Shown here piece by piece: positions 59,440-64,000 of a DNA stretch of 64,000 bases. Location: NCBI GenBank assembly GCA_950097015.1, contig CATNEN010000003.1, forward strand, positions 6,634,001 to 6,698,000, written 5' to 3'. This DNA is from Macrostomum hystrix (lineage: Eukaryota; Animalia; Platyhelminthes). The translations under genes were made by a program, and so were the position numbers. Below the pieces are notes generated by a model. It was given only the letters and a program-made list of their open reading frames with translations. It made no database searches and was not told the origin of the DNA. The number at the start of each line of letters is the position of its first letter. The stretch's first letter is position 1.

Positions 59440-60040
59440 CGGGGGTTCGATTCCCAACTCCATTGGGAAAAAATTGTGTCTTTAAGCAAGACACTAACTC
59501 TGCGTTGCTTCAGTTCACCCAGCTGTTAAATGGGTACCAGCATCAGCTGGGGTAATTGAGCGTGGGTGTGGCCAGTGGCGGCGCAGGACCTCCAGCTGGG
59601 GGGGAGAGCGGTGGTTGGGTGGTCACCCCCCGGCTGGGTGGTCACCCCCAGAAAAAATTATCAAAAAAAAAGGATTCGTTATCGCCCAGGCCCAGTTCGC
59701 GGTTCGCCCTCAAAGGGTGACCACCCTTACAGCCTACAGGCACTACCGGGTGACCACCCCCCCTGAGGTCTCAGGTGACCACCCCCATGCCCCATGGGGT
59801 GACCACACTTTTGAAAAAATATGGTAAAGTACCCATTTTTTTTAAGTGGGTGGTCACCCCCTGAGGGTGGTGAGGGGTGGTCACCCGGGGGCAGCCCGCC
59901 CCCCCCCCCCCCTGCGCCGCCACTGGGTGTGGCGTCCCCCCCAGTCCATGGACTGAACAGCCGTACGCAGCCTTCAGATGCGCCGCGCAATAGCTGCGGC
60001 TGTGCTGTCGGCTGCACATCTGACCATCTGGCAATGGCCG
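59440..60040 (+). mobile_element. SINE family C (CORE-like central domain) interrupted by a hAT MITE
   Basis: B box ggttcgattcc, tgtgtctttaagcaagacact...cacccagctgttaaatgggtacc; other copies at ~46363 and ~48570. Confidence 0.7.
59573..59925. mobile_element. hAT-type MITE
   Basis: 15-bp perfect TIRs cagtggcggcgcagg / cctgcgccgccactg, 8-bp TSD ggtgtggc, many internal ggtcaccc/gggtgacc motifs. Confidence 0.9.
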
Positions 60041-61603
60041 ATTGAAAGATCAAGATAAACTATATATATAATTCGGTAGCGTTTAAAATTAAAAGTCTTA
60101 TAATATTAATCTAGAAGTAACTACGAGTACATAAGAAGAGCAAGATCACACGCAGCGATGACTTTGAAGACAAATTGCAAATAAAACCTTTGAATTTATT
60201 CACCACAAAGACTGGTGAATAAATTTGGCCAATCATCAAGAGGGCCGGATTGAGTGCTGCATGTCGTTCTGCGATCGAATTAGTAGACGTGGAGACATCG
60301 TGTAGGCACGATTCTGTCGTCAATTACAGCGGATTTTGAAACGTTTGAATTTATTCTGAAAGAGATCGATTATAAAAAGTAAAAATATACTAGAATACAA
60401 TAAATTATTTGTGCTTGAGAACTGACTGCTCCATAAATCAATGCAAATATCTGATTTTATCAATCACGGTGTTTCAGCGTTTTTGTTATTTCTAGGGATG
60501 ATTCTGAGGAATAAAAATATAGTGGGGGATTTTTACGATACAGGAATTTTTAGGATTTTGGATTAGCGCAAATACAGTCAAATTTTGTTTGAATACGAGT
60601 AAATAATTATGTCTGAGCATAGTTCACAGAACCATTCTCACACACTCACACATTGAATTGGTGACAATGAGAAAGTCAGGGCAGATGTACACACCTGTGT
60701 GCGAGTGAATTTAGAATGAATACCAGGTCAATTTTGTCAAACACCTGTTGCACTCATCAGCATGCAGTCTAACCCACACTCCAATTATAAGGGCTAGATT
60801 CCATTGCGGTGTCCATGCCCAGCCCTAGCCCGCTTGTCTGCAAGTAGGCCGCCAAGCCTTATGGTGCTTCAGCATCGCTTGACAAATGTCCTTCAAGTCC
60901 TTCGCCGGTGGGGGTGGGGTTAGGGTGGACTCTTAAATCGATGCTCTCTTCTCCTTTCTCTTCTCCATGCAGCTCCTTAAAATGCAGCCGGCGCAGTCAC
61001 TCTATTTAGGCCTCCAAAACTGTCTTCCCCCCTATACTTCATCAGTTGGGACAGATGGAGAGACGGCACACATACTACAGGTTCTGCTTTCTCTTTTCTT
61101 TAGCCATACCTTAGACTCTCTCCCAACCCGCAAGTCTCCAGCATCTGTGTCTCTCCCAGGTCCCAAAAATACATCCCAATTCACACGTCTACACACACCC
61201 ACACAAGCACCCATCCAGCCTCTCAACTTAACAGAGTCAGTGCAAAATGAAGCTTTGGCCGAAGCTATAAAATAGTGAATTTGAGGCAGCGGCAGAGAGA
61301 GAGAGGTCTATCAGATTTTAAGAACTTGCTTGCCTCGCCATTGGGGAGAGGGTGTCGAGGTGAGAGTGGTTATTGAATAAAGATGCTGGAAATAATTATG
61401 GTTTACTGTTCCAATATTGGTTGGGCCATTGTTTATAAATTAGTTTAGAAAAAACTATTATACTGTATATACATCAGTCAGGAGGCCCACTAGTACCTCT
61501 AGAATGTAAAAAAACTGAATATCCTATTTATAAAGCACTTTTATTATTAGAAAATTTTTTTATGACGTTAATTGATGCTTATAAACGAAAAAGGTGAATA
61601 TTT

Positions 61604-62947
61604 GAGTGAATGAGTGAATCTGAGTGTGAACGAGTGAATCTGAGGAGAGTTAATGAGTGAATCTGAGAGTGAGTGAGTGAACCTGAGGAGATTGAATGAG
61701 TGAATCCGAGAGTGAATGTGCGAATCTGAGGAGAGTGAATGAGTGAATCTGAGGAGAGTGAATGAGTGAATCTGAGAGTGAATGAGTGAATCTGAGGAGA
61801 GTGAATGAGTGAATCTGAGGAGAGTGAAATAGTGAATCTGAGGAGAGTGAATGAGTGAATCTGAGGAGAGTGAAATAGTGAATCTGAGGAGAGTGAATGA
61901 GTGAATCTGAGGAGAGTGAAATAGTGAATCTGAGGAGAGTGAATGAGTGAATCTGAGGAGAGTGAATGAGTGAATCTGAGTGTGAACGAGTGAATCTGAG
62001 GAGAGTGAATGAGTGAATCTGAGAGTGAATGAGTGAATCTGAGGAGAGTGAATGAGTGAATCTGAGAGTGAATGAGTGAATCTGAGGAGAGTGAATGAGT
62101 GAATCTGAGGAGAGTGAATGAGTGAATCTGAGGAGAGTGAATGAGTGAATCTGAGGAGAGTGAATGAGTGAATCTGAGAGTGAATGAGTGAATCTGAGGA
62201 GAGTGAAATAGTGAATCTGAGGAGAGTGAATGAGTGAATCTGAGGAGAGTGAAATAGTGAATCTGAGGAGAGTGAATGAGTGAATCTGAGGAGAGTGAAT
62301 GAGTGAATCTGAGGAGAGTGAATGAGTGAATCTGAGGAGAGTGAAATAGTGAATCTGAGGAGAGTGAATGAGTGAATCTGAGGAGAGTGAATGAGTGAAT
62401 CTGAGGAGAGTGAATGAGTGAATCTGAGGAGAGTGAATGAGTGAATCTGAGAGTGAATGAGTGAATCTGAGGAGAGTGAATGAGTGAATCTGAGAGTGAA
62501 TGAGTGAATCTGAGGAGAGTGAATGAGTGAATCTGAGAGTGAGTGAGTGAATCTGAGGAGTGTGAATGAGTGAATCTGAGGAGAGTTAATGAGTGAATCT
62601 GAGAGTGAGTGAGTGAATCTGAGAGTGAGTGAGTGAATCTGAGGAGAGTGAATGAGTGAATCTGAGAGTGAGTGAGTGAATCTGAGGAGAGTGAATGAGT
62701 GAATCTGAGAGTGAGTGAGTGAATCTGAGGAGAGTTAATGAGTGAATCTGAGAGTGAATGAGTGAATCTGAGAGTGAATGAGTGAATCTGAGAGTGAGTG
62801 AGTGAATCTGAGAGTGAGTGAGTGAATCTGAGAGTGAGTGAGTGAATCTGAGGAGAGTGAATGAGTGAATCTGAGAGTGAGTGAGTGAATCTGAGGAGAG
62901 TGAATGAGTGAATCTGAGAGTGAATGAGTGAATCTGAGAGTGAATGA
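61604..62947. repeat. 20/23-bp minisatellite
   Basis: gagtgaatgagtgaatctga(gga) units. Confidence 0.95.
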
Positions 62948-63627
62948 GATAGATAACGAGTGATTCAAATTAAAAGTGTGAATCAGATAGTTATTCACGC
63001 CCCTACTAAAAGGATTGGGTCGGTCCCGACACCTCTAATCCATCAAGTCCAAGCTAAGGCCCAATCAGGCCCCATGTCAGAGCGGCTAAGATCGGTCAAA
63101 AAAACGATGAGCCAAAATTACTGGACAAACACGCGCGCAGCTTAGATTATTTATACAATCTCGTAGGAGACAGTTCAAGCGAAAGCGAATCCCAAACAAT
63201 CTTAAATCCCGAAACTAATGGTCAAGCCTTCATCTGCCTGAGTTCCAAGGAAAAAAGAAGAGAAAAAGCATGTTGCCAAGAGAGTGTGAGAGAGAACCAA
63301 AGAACCCGTTCATTCCAGATCTTTATCGACGAGTGTGGGTAAAAATTGTGGGATTCTGTTTTCTTCCATCTTCTAAACGAAGCAGTTTTACACAAGATTG
63401 CTCTTTCAATCTGGCCTGGTTTCGCATCCTTGCAAATTTCTTGCCGGCTCTAAGCAGTATCATTGAGAATAGAGAAATTAGTTCGAATGAAAATTTTACT
63501 TTGTTGCATTTCGCGATTATATCAAATCATTCGGGATATCAAATCATCAAATTATTTGTTTATAAGCTATTTTTAGCACCTAAGATCAGATTTCCAGCGT
63601 CCGATAAGATAATTTTATTTGTTAAAT

Positions 63628-64000
63628 AGGGTCATTTGTCATGCGCTGATAACGTGATCTGTGCGTGATGCTAATTTTAGCATCCAATGCTTGCTAGCAC
63701 ATACTCGTAGCAAGCTTCGATTTGTCAAACAGGGTCATTTGTCACGCGCTGATAACGTGATCTGTGCGTGATGCTATTTTCAGCATCCAATACGAGCACA
63801 CGGCAAGCTTTGATTGTTAAAAAGGGTCGTTTGTCACGCGCTGATAACGTGATCTGTGCGTGATGCTATTTTCAGCATCCAATACGAGCACACGGCAAGC
63901 TTTGATTGTTAAAAAGGGTCGTTTGTCACGCGCTGATAACGTGATCTGTGCGTGATGCTATTTTTAGCATCCAATACGAGCACATGGCAAGCTTTGATTG
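63628..64000. repeat. ~92-102-bp tandem repeat running off the window
   Basis: gggtcatttgtcacgcgctgataacgtgatctgtgcgtgatgcta... starts at ~63629, 63731, 63824, 63916. Confidence 0.9.

Overview
Eukaryotic (animal) genomic DNA; minisatellite-filled introns, tRNA-derived SINEs and gene content suggest a lophotrochozoan such as a Macrostomum-like flatworm (inference only). The left part carries a 14-exon UDP-glucose:glycoprotein glucosyltransferase (UGGT, minus strand, 3' end runs off the window) with a different tandem repeat in almost every intron, then two tandem, divergent 2-exon TRPV-like channel genes and ARV1. The centre (33-48 kb) is an accessory cluster: five copies or fragments of an intronless secreted PAN/apple-like + C-type-lectin gene in alternating orientation, a Cys-rich peptide ORF, an intact IS630-Tc1-mariner transposon with DD30E spacing and a TspO/MBR-like membrane protein. 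The right part has a Toll-like LRR receptor lacking a TIR domain, SINEs, MITEs and large minisatellites. The most striking signal is in the lectin copies. They share a central ~110-bp block that looks nucleotide-identical between highly divergent N-terminal and lectin modules, show four-gamete mosaicism across it, and include one apparent module swap (a ~1-kb inverted duplication, an orphaned lectin module and a templated junction). This is a candidate shufflon-like lectin diversification system. All coordinates were read by eye.
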